A DNA stretch of 64,000 nt, from assembly GCA_030704615.1 (NCBI GenBank), contig CM060731.1:92628001-92692000 (forward strand). The letters are read 5' to 3'. The position numbers were made by a program, and so were the translations under genes. This document shows, one piece after another, positions 1-10,884 of the stretch; position 1 is the first letter of the stretch; each line of letters starts with the position of its first letter. The notes below the pieces were generated by a model. That model was not told where the DNA came from and ran no database searches. It saw only the letters and a program-made list of their open reading frames with translations. The stretch is from Takakia lepidozioides. Lineage: Eukaryota > Plantae > Bryophyta.

Positions 1-2987
1 CTTGCATGGTTCCGCCTCCACGCAACCGTCTCCTCCTGTCGTTGCTGAACAAGGTTATTGTATCTTGCCTCCCACTCATGTATGGATGGGGTGTTCTTCA
101 GTATGAACTCATGCGCTTGGTTAATCACCTCTTTGAATTTTTGGGCAAAACGATGTTCTTGGTTCGTACATCCTCATCTTCCTTCCACATCGGAGGGGCT
201 TCCTTATCCACCCTTGCCAAGTACTCCATGCAGTACAACATAGCCTCTTGCAATGTATACCCCTCCGCCATGCTACCCTCCGGGTGTGCCATTTGTCTTA
301 CATGTGCTTTCAAAGTCTTATGTATCGCTCAAGGTAGTACATCCACCGAGAATGAACGGGGCCGGCAATCGAAGCCTCTTCCACTAAGTGCACTACCAAG
401 TGCACTTGGATGTCAAAGAAGGAGGGAGGAAGGTGCATCTCCAACATACACATGACCACCGCCGCCTCCTTCTTCATGCGTGGAAAGTCCGCTTCCTCCA
501 GCTCTTTGGAGCAAATCCACCGGAACAATGCTCCCAATCTATAAACTGTCTCGCGAACCTCGGGAGTCAATGTCCCACGCACTGCAATGGGCAAGATGTC
601 TTGCAATAGATTGTGGTAGTCATGAGACTTCAAACCATGGACCCCGTCTTCGTTGAACTTCATACGGAGGGATGACCCATAACCAGTTGGTGTTCGGACA
701 GCTCCTATGGTGGCTATCACTTTTTTGTATTCCTCCTTTGTCCATTGCCAAGGTGCACGCCTATACTCCGTACAACACCCTTTGGGTCCACACCATTTTC
801 TTCGGCCCATAGATGGGGCATGCGACCCTGCTCCTCAAGTTCCTTTCTAACACCGAGAGAATCTCCTTTCGCAGCCACTCCCTTCTTTGCCGGCGTGCCA
901 TGAAGAACACGAAAAAGGGACGAGCAAACATTCTTCTCAATATGCATGGGATCTAGAAGATGACGAATCTTCAGGTCCTACACATATCCCCACCCACAAA
1001 TTCTTACACGTCTATTTTGTCGTGAAAGTGACAATGGAAATCATACAAAACATGCAATATCACATGCATGCATAGCAATATTGATGGTGTTTTTGTGGAA
1101 TATGTACCGCCCAATATGGCAACTCGTAGAAGATTGAAAGCCGCTTCATGCCGGGCACCTCCACCTCACCGGACCCCTCCGGATGGGCCTCCTTCCATTA
1201 GTCTTCCCAAAAGTGCCCGGATGGTGTCACAGGTGGGGGACGTAACTCCACTTTGCCATCAAACAAGTGTTTGTCTCTTCTTCTCCAATGATGGCTCATA
1301 GGAAGAAACTTGCGGTAGTTGGGATACACCATCTTGCGAAGATTGCTGGAGCTTTGTGCATCAAGTTCATCGCCACAATGCAGGCATGTGTGGTACCCTT
1401 TAGTGCTCAACCCCGAGCAAACAGTAAGTCCTGTAGACATTCCGCCACATTAGGAAAGACAAAAAGTTTCCATGTGCATCTACCCCACTACGGTGCAAAA
1501 GACTGTCGCTGCTACTTCAATCAATCCCAATATCCTTTGACAGGTAAATGTACGCGGGTTTCTCATGGGGAACATAATATACCTGGATAATCATGCATTG
1601 TCCAAAGCAAGATGCCTCTCATCTGAAAAGATTGTCCGGCCATAGGGTCAAGTGAAGCATCCAATGTCGGGACCCCCCTCCATAACTCCTTCAGTTCACT
1701 AGAGGTCGCAAGTACGTGTCCATGTCTTTCACTTGTTTTTTCCCTATGAGACATTCACACCATTAATTGTTTCAATGCTCCACCATGCTAATTATACTTC
1801 ATAATGAATGACACATCTTACTACATGATTACGTCACTCATCAATCTTCCATCGGAATTGCGCCAAAGAGAAGAAGATTAATGTAAAATCCAAAGTAATA
1901 ATAAGCATGAAATGGGAACACTCACCCGGTACAATGGCAGCCAACATGATATGGCCTTTTTTTTTATTGAAAGATACGGAGGGATGTTGTAATTCACCAT
2001 GGTCACCGGCCAAGTGGAATGACTACATGACTGGACAGAGAATGGGTTGACCCCATCCGAGGAGAAGCCGAGGCGGACATGTCGTGGGTCCTCCAAGAGA
2101 AAAGGCCACATCTCTTCAGTATGCCTCCATGCTTGTGAATCTTGTGGCCCGCACACCTTTCCCGGGGGGCTCCGATGCGAGGCGTGCCATCTCATCAGTT
2201 CTGCCAATGAGGGGCTTCGGTAGTGTGCCTGCAGTCGCGGGATGATTGGAAAGTAGTGCATTTTCTGGCACCATCCCCATGTCGGCCCCATATCATAATC
2301 AGTGTCATTCATATCTCTAAGTAAAACCTTACGTCTTGTAGCGGTTGCAAAAAGGTAGAATGCAATATACAAGTGTATTGTGGCGCGGGTATACCTTGCG
2401 CGGGGCTTTCTTCCCTTGAACATCATCCCGATATCGGTCTTTGTTGCACTTTGGACACTTGGTGAGTTTTGCATCCTCTCCGTAGTACAGGGTTTTATCA
2501 CATGGACATGCATGAAAAATCTTATAGCCCATCCCCACAGCATCCAAGGCTGCTCTTGCCTCTTTTCTTGATCGTGGCATTCTCGGCTTCAAATGTGGGG
2601 CAAGGATGTAGTCCGCAATAGTCCGCATTATGGCGGACATACCCACATTGCTTATGCCAAACCGGATTTGCAAATTCAACAACAACAACAAGATGATTGA
2701 AAGTCTACTCACTTTGGCCCCTTCGTATAAGGGAGTTTTGGCTTCTTTTTCCATGTCATTCAAAGAGTCTGTGTCCTCATCTACCATCTGATGCATTAAG
2801 AGGTCCTCCATTGCTGCCACATCCTCATGCATAATTCCATTGTCATTGTTGTCCTCATCATCAGAGACCGCCATTCAGACGGGGTCGGGTCCCTTTGATA
2901 CGCACCCCCCTCCGAAGGAACAAAATCCCGGTTCATGACAAGATCATGAACTTCATGAATTAACGTCGTGGGGTTGTGGCCGGCATC
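1..2987 (-). mobile_element. CACTA (En/Spm) TnpD/Tnp2-type transposase, multi-exon, frameshifted; continues past the window start
   Basis: Successive minus-strand ORFs carry Tnp2 motifs in canonical order: HACPCDKTLY..CPKC (2329-2874), YFPIIPRLQ..DPRHVRLGFSSDGVNPF..STWPV..YNIPP (1878-2300), ELKELWRGV..LLWTMHDYPG, MHIEKNV, GLKSHDYH..PPSFFDIQVHLVVHL..GPVHSRWMYYLERY and HPEGSMAEGY (DUF4218-like). Splice acceptor ttttgcatcttag at 2988. Confidence 0.93.
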
Positions 2988-3289
2988 CTAAGATGCAAAA
3001 AACAACCATGTCATTATCAGTTTCCATACATGGCGTTGTTCATTATCATACAAGATAAAACCCAAAGTACACATTATACACACGAGGGGAATACATACAT
3101 TGCTTCACCACATGAAGGAGACACTATATAATTCAACACATATAATGTCCACCCAAACTCCCTTGAATATAGCATGAAAAACTGCATCCAAATACACATC
3201 AATGCCTATGTATATATATACACGGTGGAGGAAGCCACCTCAATGTACAAAATGTCTTCCTACGTCCATCTACACATGATGAAAGTCGG

Positions 3290-5646
3290 CTAACGCCTAA
3301 AGTCATACTCTGCAAACAACTCCTCTCCAGCCCTAATAGTCCTCCTTGCACATGTCATCACAAAAGTGGTGATGTTAGGGTCCAATCTACTATCCCCGTC
3401 ATGGCGTTTATCCCAAAACACGTTGGCGGTGTGGCCCGGTGGTAAGGTAACTGAACTGTTGATGAGCCCAGCCACGTTGCCGTACACATCGGGGTTTTCG
3501 TCACAATAAATATGGGCTTTGCGGCCCAAATTTCTTGCCCTTACATCATTGTCGTTCACAACAAGGATGTAAGGATGGATCAAGGACCCAAGGCCATGTG
3601 TCTGCAATAATTGCCACTCCCGGTGGGTGTACCTCGGCCCAAAATAGGGGAACAAATCCACAGAATCCTCTCCTCCCCCAAAACTACATCCTCCATCAAA
3701 AAAAGTCGCGACCCATACTAGGGTCCATTGCCTCCATCACGCAATACATGCGACCCCAAAAAAGAAAGGGCTCACCCTCGGGAATCGGAACTGGACAAGG
3801 CACAAGACATTGGTAGAAATGGGGTTGGACTCCCATCGTGAATAGCTCCCTAGCACCACGATGATGTATGGTGCCGTCATCAGGCCGGCGAAGGCGCGGA
3901 CCAATCGTGCGAAACAACTTCGGTCCACCTCTCCTAGGGGGCGGCGCCCATCCATCACTTCGGGGGCCCTTCTCCCGGAGTGGGAACCTAGTGATCCATC
4001 GGTCCCAGTCATACACAGTCCCCAAAGGTGGTGGGATCCATCCGGGTTCTGCCGGAGGACCCGGATACGGACTCGGTGGCGGCTGTGGTCTCGGCAATGG
4101 AGGGGAAGGGAAATGTAGGTTGGTATGAGGGATCTCGCGTGGAGGTAGTACTGGCCGAGATGGCCGGGATGACGATGGTGATGAGGAAAGAACATGTACA
4201 ATAGGAGGAACGGACGATGCGGATGATGGTGATAATGGGGGTGCCGATGTCGAGGATGTCGAACTCGGACTCGGTGGCGGCTGTGGTCTTGGCAATGGAG
4301 GGGAAGGGACACGTAGCCGGTCGGTATGAGGGACCTCGGATGGCAATGGTGATGAGGAAAGACCATCTACAATAGGAGGAACAGACGATGTGGATGATGG
4401 TGATGATGGGGGTGCCGATGTCGAGGATGACGAATGTGTGTGTGTAGGTGACAAGCGCCTAGCCCGGTGCCCAAAAATAGAAAAACACGCATCGTACCCC
4501 GCTACCTCACAAACTGCATCTACGTCATGTTGCGAGAAAAAAATGTTCACATCCGGAACGGGGTGGGGCTCGTAAGAAGGAAGAAACCCGCATCGGTATG
4601 CCTCTTCAGCAAAAAAATTGCGAGCTTGGACATCATGACGGGGCTGCAAGATGCATGATATGAAATGCATCAATACTCAATTCACAAACACGAGGTTTCA
4701 TTAGATATAGTACTTTTAATTGAGGAGTACGTGAGAAGATATATGGACGACTTACCTTTGCTGCATCAGCAATCTCGTACTTGGCGTAATGTTTTTGCAC
4801 AACATGGGGTCGCCGCATCATCGGTGTGGTCTTCCCAACCGGCAGTTGTGCCCAACACCAACTGCACCAACACTCAATCTTGGGGAGGCGAACCTGGCGG
4901 GGTCTCCCCGGGGCTCGTGCCTCTGGACTTGGCGGCCTACGACCTCGGGGTGGTGGCCGTGGGGGCAAAGCTGTGCGGACATGGCGATGCCGCTTAACTC
5001 GTAGACGAGGCGAACGTGATGTCTCGCCCTCGGCAGGTGGTTGTGGCACAGCGAGCAACGAATCCTCAAGCGTGACACGTCGATAAACACGCGGCTTGAC
5101 CTAGCACGAGAGAGGTAGAGTACCGTATTGTGACCCACTGTAACCTCCGGAGGAGTTACACTCCCAACCCTTGGAAAAACTTGAAAAAAAAAACCCTACA
5201 AACGTAAAGCCATATGTCCCCACCCCACCAAAAAACAAAACCCTAAAAACAAAACTATATTGCAGCTAATCCTAAACTAACTATATTATAACTAACCCTA
5301 AACTAAACTATGAAACTAAACCCTAAACTAATGTAACCCTTAAAACCCTAAGAGCCAAAGACCCAAAAACCCAAATGATCTTTGCAAAACCCCATAACCC
5401 AAAAAACCAAAAAATAAAATAAAAAAATGAGAGGCCTCTTCAACTCACCTCTGCGCCAGATCTGCAACTGCTGTGCGACGTCCCCTTGAGGCAGCGACGC
5501 TCGTGCGATTCCCCAACGTCGCAGCGGATCCTCCTCCTGCCAAGGTGGCCGCCCTTCTCTCCCCTTCTTTCTCCCCTTCGCGAAGGCGCCTGATCACCGC
5601 CGAGGTTTTCCGGTGGGGTCGCCACACTGGCGCGCCGCGGCTGCAC
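3290..5646 (-). CDS. Spliced gene or pseudogene: CxCxxC..H transposase-associated-like domain + Pro/Ser-rich linker + C-terminal SET domain
   Basis: Putative exons ~5646-5449, 5100-4756, 4643-3776 and ~3669-3290 with GT/AG sites (last acceptor weak, no clear ATG). SET motifs: TIHHRGARELFT, IPE..LFPYFG, GNVAGLINSS, ANVFW, ARRTIRAGEELFAEY. N-terminal IECWCSWC..VVQKHY..CGFLPSY resembles the CACTA Transpos_assoc domain. Confidence 0.72.
4070..4435. repeat. Imperfect tandem duplication encoding the Pro/Ser-rich linker
   Basis: Protein repeats SSTSAPP..SSVPPIV..LSSSP and PSPPLPRPQPPPSP each occur twice; DNA ggactcggtggcggctgtggtct at ~4069 and ~4268. Confidence 0.85.
5180..5410. repeat. AAACCCTA(A) telo-box-like motif cluster in a putative intron
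   Basis: Several aaacccta/aaccctaa copies in A-rich sequence between the donor at ~5448 and the acceptor at 5101. Confidence 0.5.
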
Positions 5647-5689
5647 CGACCGCCTCTCACTCCCCCTCTCAATCTCTCTATCTGATCTC

Positions 5690-6230
5690 TCTCTCCCTCA
5701 CCCTCCTCCTCTCACTCTTCCTCCCTCCCCTCCCTCCATCCCTACTTTGTTTTTTTTTGCTCTCGAGCTCTCCCGGGCGCAACTACCCCCGCGCGTCGGA
5801 GCGTTTTCCGGCGGCGGTGACGCAACACTCACGCGCCACGACGTTCAAACCCGCGCGCGCCCTCTCTTTCACTCTCCCTCTCGCTCTAATCCCTCTCCCT
5901 CACTCTCTCTCTCCCTCTTCTATGTCGTTTTGTTTTTTGTTGCTGTTTGAGCGAGCTGGGAGCGCGCCCCCGTGACCTGCTGGTGGAGCGCTAGCCGAAC
6001 GCCAGCGCCGCGGGAGGGTCCGCCAGCGTGAAGGAGCTGCCGCGTGAGGGAGCTGCCCTCCCTCTCCTTCTCCCTCTTAGCCCTCCCTCTCCCTCTCGCC
6101 CTTATCTCTCTCCCTCTTCTCCCTTTTCTGTTGTTTGAGCGAGGGAGTGTGCCCACACGACCTGGTGGCGGAGCGCCAACGGAACGCCAGCGTGAAGGAG
6201 CTGCTACGTGAGGCGCCCAACTGCAGGTAA
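5690..6230. repeat. GC-rich direct repeats alternating with CT tracts
   Basis: tgtttgagcgag..gacctg.tgg.ggagcgc..gaacgccagcg..gaaggagctgc.cgtgagg at ~5945-6050 and ~6133-6215. Confidence 0.6.
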
Positions 6231-8429
6231 GCAGCCATGCATTTCTGATCTTCATAGTGAGAGATTTCAGTGAGAGTTTGGGTTCCACGGAGTAGACTGT
6301 GGAATCCCCACGGATCTCATAGTATATAGGACAATAGAAGAAGTGTTCTTTAGTTTCAATTTCATGGAGAGAGAGGGAAGATATTCATGTCATGTCAAGA
6401 CATAGACAAGACTTAGTAAAAGTCATTGTCAAGAAAAATGACATAGCAGCCTCATTACAAGGCATTGTCAAACATCTCCTTACATGTACAATCCCAGAAA
6501 AAAGATCCTTAAATTACAAGGTATCCTTATATCATCATGTTAACACTTCCCCTCCATAAATAGTTCATCTTAAATAAAAGAGACTAGATTTCAAAGTTCT
6601 TCAAATCATAGGGTGGGAGGGTGGGGTCTTCTAAAAAAACAAACACATAGCATGAGCATGTAGGGTTCTGAAGAATATATGCACGTTTGCATACAGTCAA
6701 TCAATCAAAGTCTGAACCACTTTATTTAAAACATACTGAGTTTTAAATAAGAGCTGTACGTGTTCCAGTGGCTTACAACAACCAAACAGAGGGCAAAAGC
6801 TGTGATGATCATACAAAAATCCGTAAGTCATTACCATGTCACATTCCCAATCTCTGGGGGGAGCTTAAGAATACAGTTCGTAATCAAAAAAGCCCTTTAA
6901 AAATACTGGCTTGGTAATTCTTGGGTTCAAATAGCTTAAACAAGTATGTTGTAAGCTTAACAGGTCTTTGAGAAAACCATTCCAGCAGGCCTAAGAGTGA
7001 GAGCTTTGATGAAAACAATTCCCTATTACAGCTTTAAAGGACTTGTATGTTCCTAAAAGCACAAGCTGAGCTGATTGTACTTCCATAAGTAGATGCAGGG
7101 CTATGGTATGTATCCCAGGGCCTTATCCAGTCACTCTGCCAAGTTTTAGAGAGATCCTCAAAAATACCAGTCTGTAATCAGGTTATAATCTCCATGGGGG
7201 AGCCTGAAAGAATGTATGTGTTCTTAAAAAGGCTTACCCAATGCCTTACTTAATACATTCTAAACTGGTGAGGCGTAAACAGCACTGTCTGACTCTCCAA
7301 AAGGCCAGAAAACAGGTCTGGAAAAATGCATCCAATGTCACACTTGCACCACCAAACCCTTGTCATCACAACCAGCCCGAACCTTCACAATAAGGTCTGA
7401 TTTCTAGGAGGCCCAGCCCATTTACTTCCCTGACTTAACAGATTTGGTTACCAAGAACCAGAAATCAAAGTAAAGATTTAAGGCATATCCCCCTTGAAGC
7501 AACTTTGAAGCAGAAAATTGCAACAACGGCAGCTTGCAGCATATCTTATCCCTCCTGCAGTAACTAGATCATCTGCAAGCCAAAGAGTTCATGCCAAGTG
7601 AAATCCCTCACCTGCGCCCGTCCCAAAAACAAACACAAAAAATGTTTTGTGCGTTAGTGAGGATGCGCGAGGTGAATTATAGGATTTCACAGTTGCTATC
7701 CATGTCAGGTATGAGCCATAAAGCATGCAAAGATCACAGAACCAGCAGAAGAAAGCATAGATGTGACACCACAAAGAACCTCAATCTTTTGTGGAGTAGG
7801 ACGCTGCAGTGTTCATCATCTGAATTTGAACGAGCACAATAGAATGCAACGGGAGGAGAGTTGAGGACAGGTTGTATCTTGTAATACATGCCACTTCCCC
7901 ACCTCCATAACCGCCGCTGCTTCATCAATGAGGAAAAAACGTAGGCAAACACAACAGTATGTCATTTGCCATCGCGGGAGATGACAGTGTCTGCCGTCAT
8001 CGCGCGTTCAAAAAACAAGAACACACCCGTTCGGATCTTGCTGCTCGGGCATTCAGCCGCCATCGCCCTCTTCCAGAGAAAAAAACACACACGATATCGT
8101 GCTGTGTCTAGGGCAGAGAGACACTTAAAGGAAAACCACCCGCGATTTCATCCACCATCCGGTATGGATGGTATCAGACCAGGATGAAAAATGGGCATTC
8201 AATAGGTTTAAATCAAAGGAGCATAAACCTAAAATGCATTGAAATGCATATCTGCCTATAAATCATCCAGTTATGGTTATAATAGAATTTTCATCCAGTA
8301 TGGATGAAACCTTAAAAATTGGGATTAAAAATATATAGTATTTCCAAAATAAGTATTATGAAAAAAAAATCGATAATCCCAAACAAGTAGTTGGAGAGAG
8401 GGAGAGAGAGGGCCAAGAAAATAAGAAAA

Positions 8430-9365
8430 TAAGTAGGGGGGGGGGTGTGTGACTGAGCAGCAGCAACTCAGCCCCTCTCTGGTTTTTTTCTTTTGTGAGT
8501 AGCAGAGGGACAGGGACAGATGGAGGAGAGAGACGGAGAAATGAGGGAAAAAAAAAAAAAATGTGGGGGGGGAGTGACTGAGCAGCAGTGGAGTGACTGA
8601 GCAGCTGCTGCTCAGATGCTGGTGCTGCTCAGTCACTCCCCCCCCCCACCTTCTTTTTTAGTTTTTTTTATCCCTCCTCACTCCCTCTTTCTCCCTCTCT
8701 CCCTCTCTCTCCACATCTTCATGGGACAAAGGGAGAGATGAGGGAAAAGAGGGAGAGAGAGAGAGAGGGAGATGAAAAAACGAAGAAGATGAAAAACGAA
8801 AAATAGATGGTGGGGGGGGGGGTGACAGAGCGAGAGAGAGAGGGAGAGAGAGGGGGAAGGGGTGAAGCCCGACCACATCACATTTGTGTGCATTTGCAAT
8901 GGGTGTGCAAGCCTGGCAGCTCTGGAAGATGAGGGAAAAAAAAAAAAATGGGGCGGGGGGGGGAGTGACTGAGCAGCTGCTCCCTCTCTCTCCACATCGT
9001 GATGGGATAGAGGGAGAGAGAGGGACTGTTGGGGGGGGGGCGGGCTGCTCCAGTCACTTCCCCACCCCCCCACCGTTTTTTTTTTTTTTTTTTTTTTTTT
9101 CCCTTTCAATAGTCCCTCTCTCTCCACATCCTGATGGGAGAGAGGGACAGAGGGACAGAGAGGGAGAGATGAGGGAAAAGAGGGAGAGAGGGAGAGAGTG
9201 GGAGAGATGAGGGAAGAAAAATAAAAAAGAAGGTTGGGGGGGAGTGACTGAGCAGCTGTTGCTGCTGCTGAGTCACTCCCCCCCCCCCCCACCTTTTCGT
9301 TTTTTGATTGTGGAATGGTGGGGGGTGCTGAAAGCAGCTTGCTGCTGCTGGTCTTAGCCCCCCCC
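8430..9365. repeat. Foldback-like low-complexity array
   Basis: Repeated ggggagtgactgagcagc and its reverse complement gctgctcagtcactcccc (hairpins at ~8565-8645 and ~9235-9290), among GA/CT and poly-A/T/G/C tracts. Confidence 0.7.
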
Positions 9366-9549
9366 CCCCCCGCCCCCTCTTTTCATTTTTTGCTTATCAG
9401 CAGAGAGAGAAAGGGGGAGACAAAGATATAGAGACATAAAGATAGAGGGAGAGGAAGAGATGGGAAGGGGGAGGGTCAGGCCTTGTTAGTTTTTGGCATG
9501 TGAAATCACACGGTAGTAGTGTTGTGGGCACAGGGATAAGCTGGTAGTA

Positions 9550-10884
9550 TGGCGAAGAACAAGGAGAAGGGGCCGCCGAAGGACAAGGAGAAGGCGCCAG
9601 CGAAGGACAAAGAGAAGGCGCTGCCGAAGGAGCAGAAATCGCCCTGCCGCTAAGGTAGGGAAGCTTGACAACGTCCCATCATTGACGGCCGTGTGACACG
9701 GTCCACTTGGTCCAAACTCACCAGCCCTATAGGCGGCTATGTGAGAGGACCAAGCCGTAAGGGCTTGCCCCCTGCTGAGAAAGTGTTTCTGCAAAAACAG
9801 ACTTACGCCACTGAAGATGAGATGGTGGAATTGATTGAAGAAAGGTTACGTCTCAAAGTTGCTAAGGCAGGCTTGTCTAAAGTTACCAACACGAAACACA
9901 CTCATCTGGCTAGTGAGAGTCACTGTGTAGAGCCTACTGATGGGGACCCTGGGGTGAGCGGTATTGCAGAAGATCTGGTCCCTTCCATTGTGCATGAGTT
10001 GTCATCTTTTCGTAATGAAATCCAGGGAGAATTGCAAGCCTTCAAAGCTGAGGTAGGTTGGAACCCTACAGTCCCTGCCAGATCTGGGCCTCAAGGTAAA
10101 ACCCATGCTAGCATTCGTCATGACACCAGGACCTCAGTGGTGGCATGCATGATCTGCAAGTCCATCAAGCATTGCACCAGGTGGTGCCCTTACCAATCTG
10201 ACTTGCCTGCCCTGATTGAACAGTTACAAAGAGACAAAAAACAGAAGGGTACTTTAAACGAACCCGGTCGTCTGTGAGGGTGCCAGATGACCATGGTAAG
10301 AACCCAACACACTGGTAAGTGCTGTTCTTTCTCGTGATTTCAAACTCAGGCACTGTAAGGCCTATAAGCGCATCAGTAGGGATCGGATCCACCCATTGAT
10401 GACACAATGTCATGTGGGCCACCTTTCCTTTCCATGTGTTATTGATACTAGCTGTACCATGTCTGCCATTCCACTTAGTACAGTCCGCATTCTTGGATTA
10501 AAGATTAGCTCTGCTCGTGGCCTTGTGGTTACCATAGCTGATGGCACGGCATATGAACCCATTGGGTTAGTCACCTTACCTATCCGCATTAGTGGGAAAA
10601 CTGTCTTGCTGACTTGTGTCACCATGGGTGAACAAATTTTGTTGGGGCTGGATTGGATGAAAGGTGCAGAGGCCAGCATTGATATCATGAACAATCTTAT
10701 GTGCCTTCACAATGGTGAAGGGCAACCTTACAAGGTGAGTCTAAGCCATGTTACTATTGCCGCTGGGACCTCTATGGCCAACTATTCTCGTCTCAAGCTT
10801 CAAGCTGAGCAGATGAAGGAGCAGGTGGGTTTGCATTATAATTGGGCCAGATTCAGCCAATTCCAACCAAGCAGCATAGTATAA
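9550..10884 (+). mobile_element. Ty3/gypsy gag C-terminus (CCHC knuckle) and aspartic protease remnant
   Basis: CMICKSIKHCTRWC zinc knuckle in ORF 9693-10277; retropepsin motifs VIDTSCTMSAI and ILLGLDWM in ORF 10396-10884; truncated before RT. Confidence 0.85.

Noticed and set aside
5180-5410. Interstitial telomere
   Set aside because: The motifs are dispersed and not a tandem (TTTAGGG)n array.
8325-9292. ORFs in the GA/CT-rich region
   Set aside because: They are translations of low-complexity repeats.
9513-9521. 5' TIR of the first CACTA element
   Set aside because: Only CACTACTAC matches, and the other end is outside the window, so it cannot be verified.
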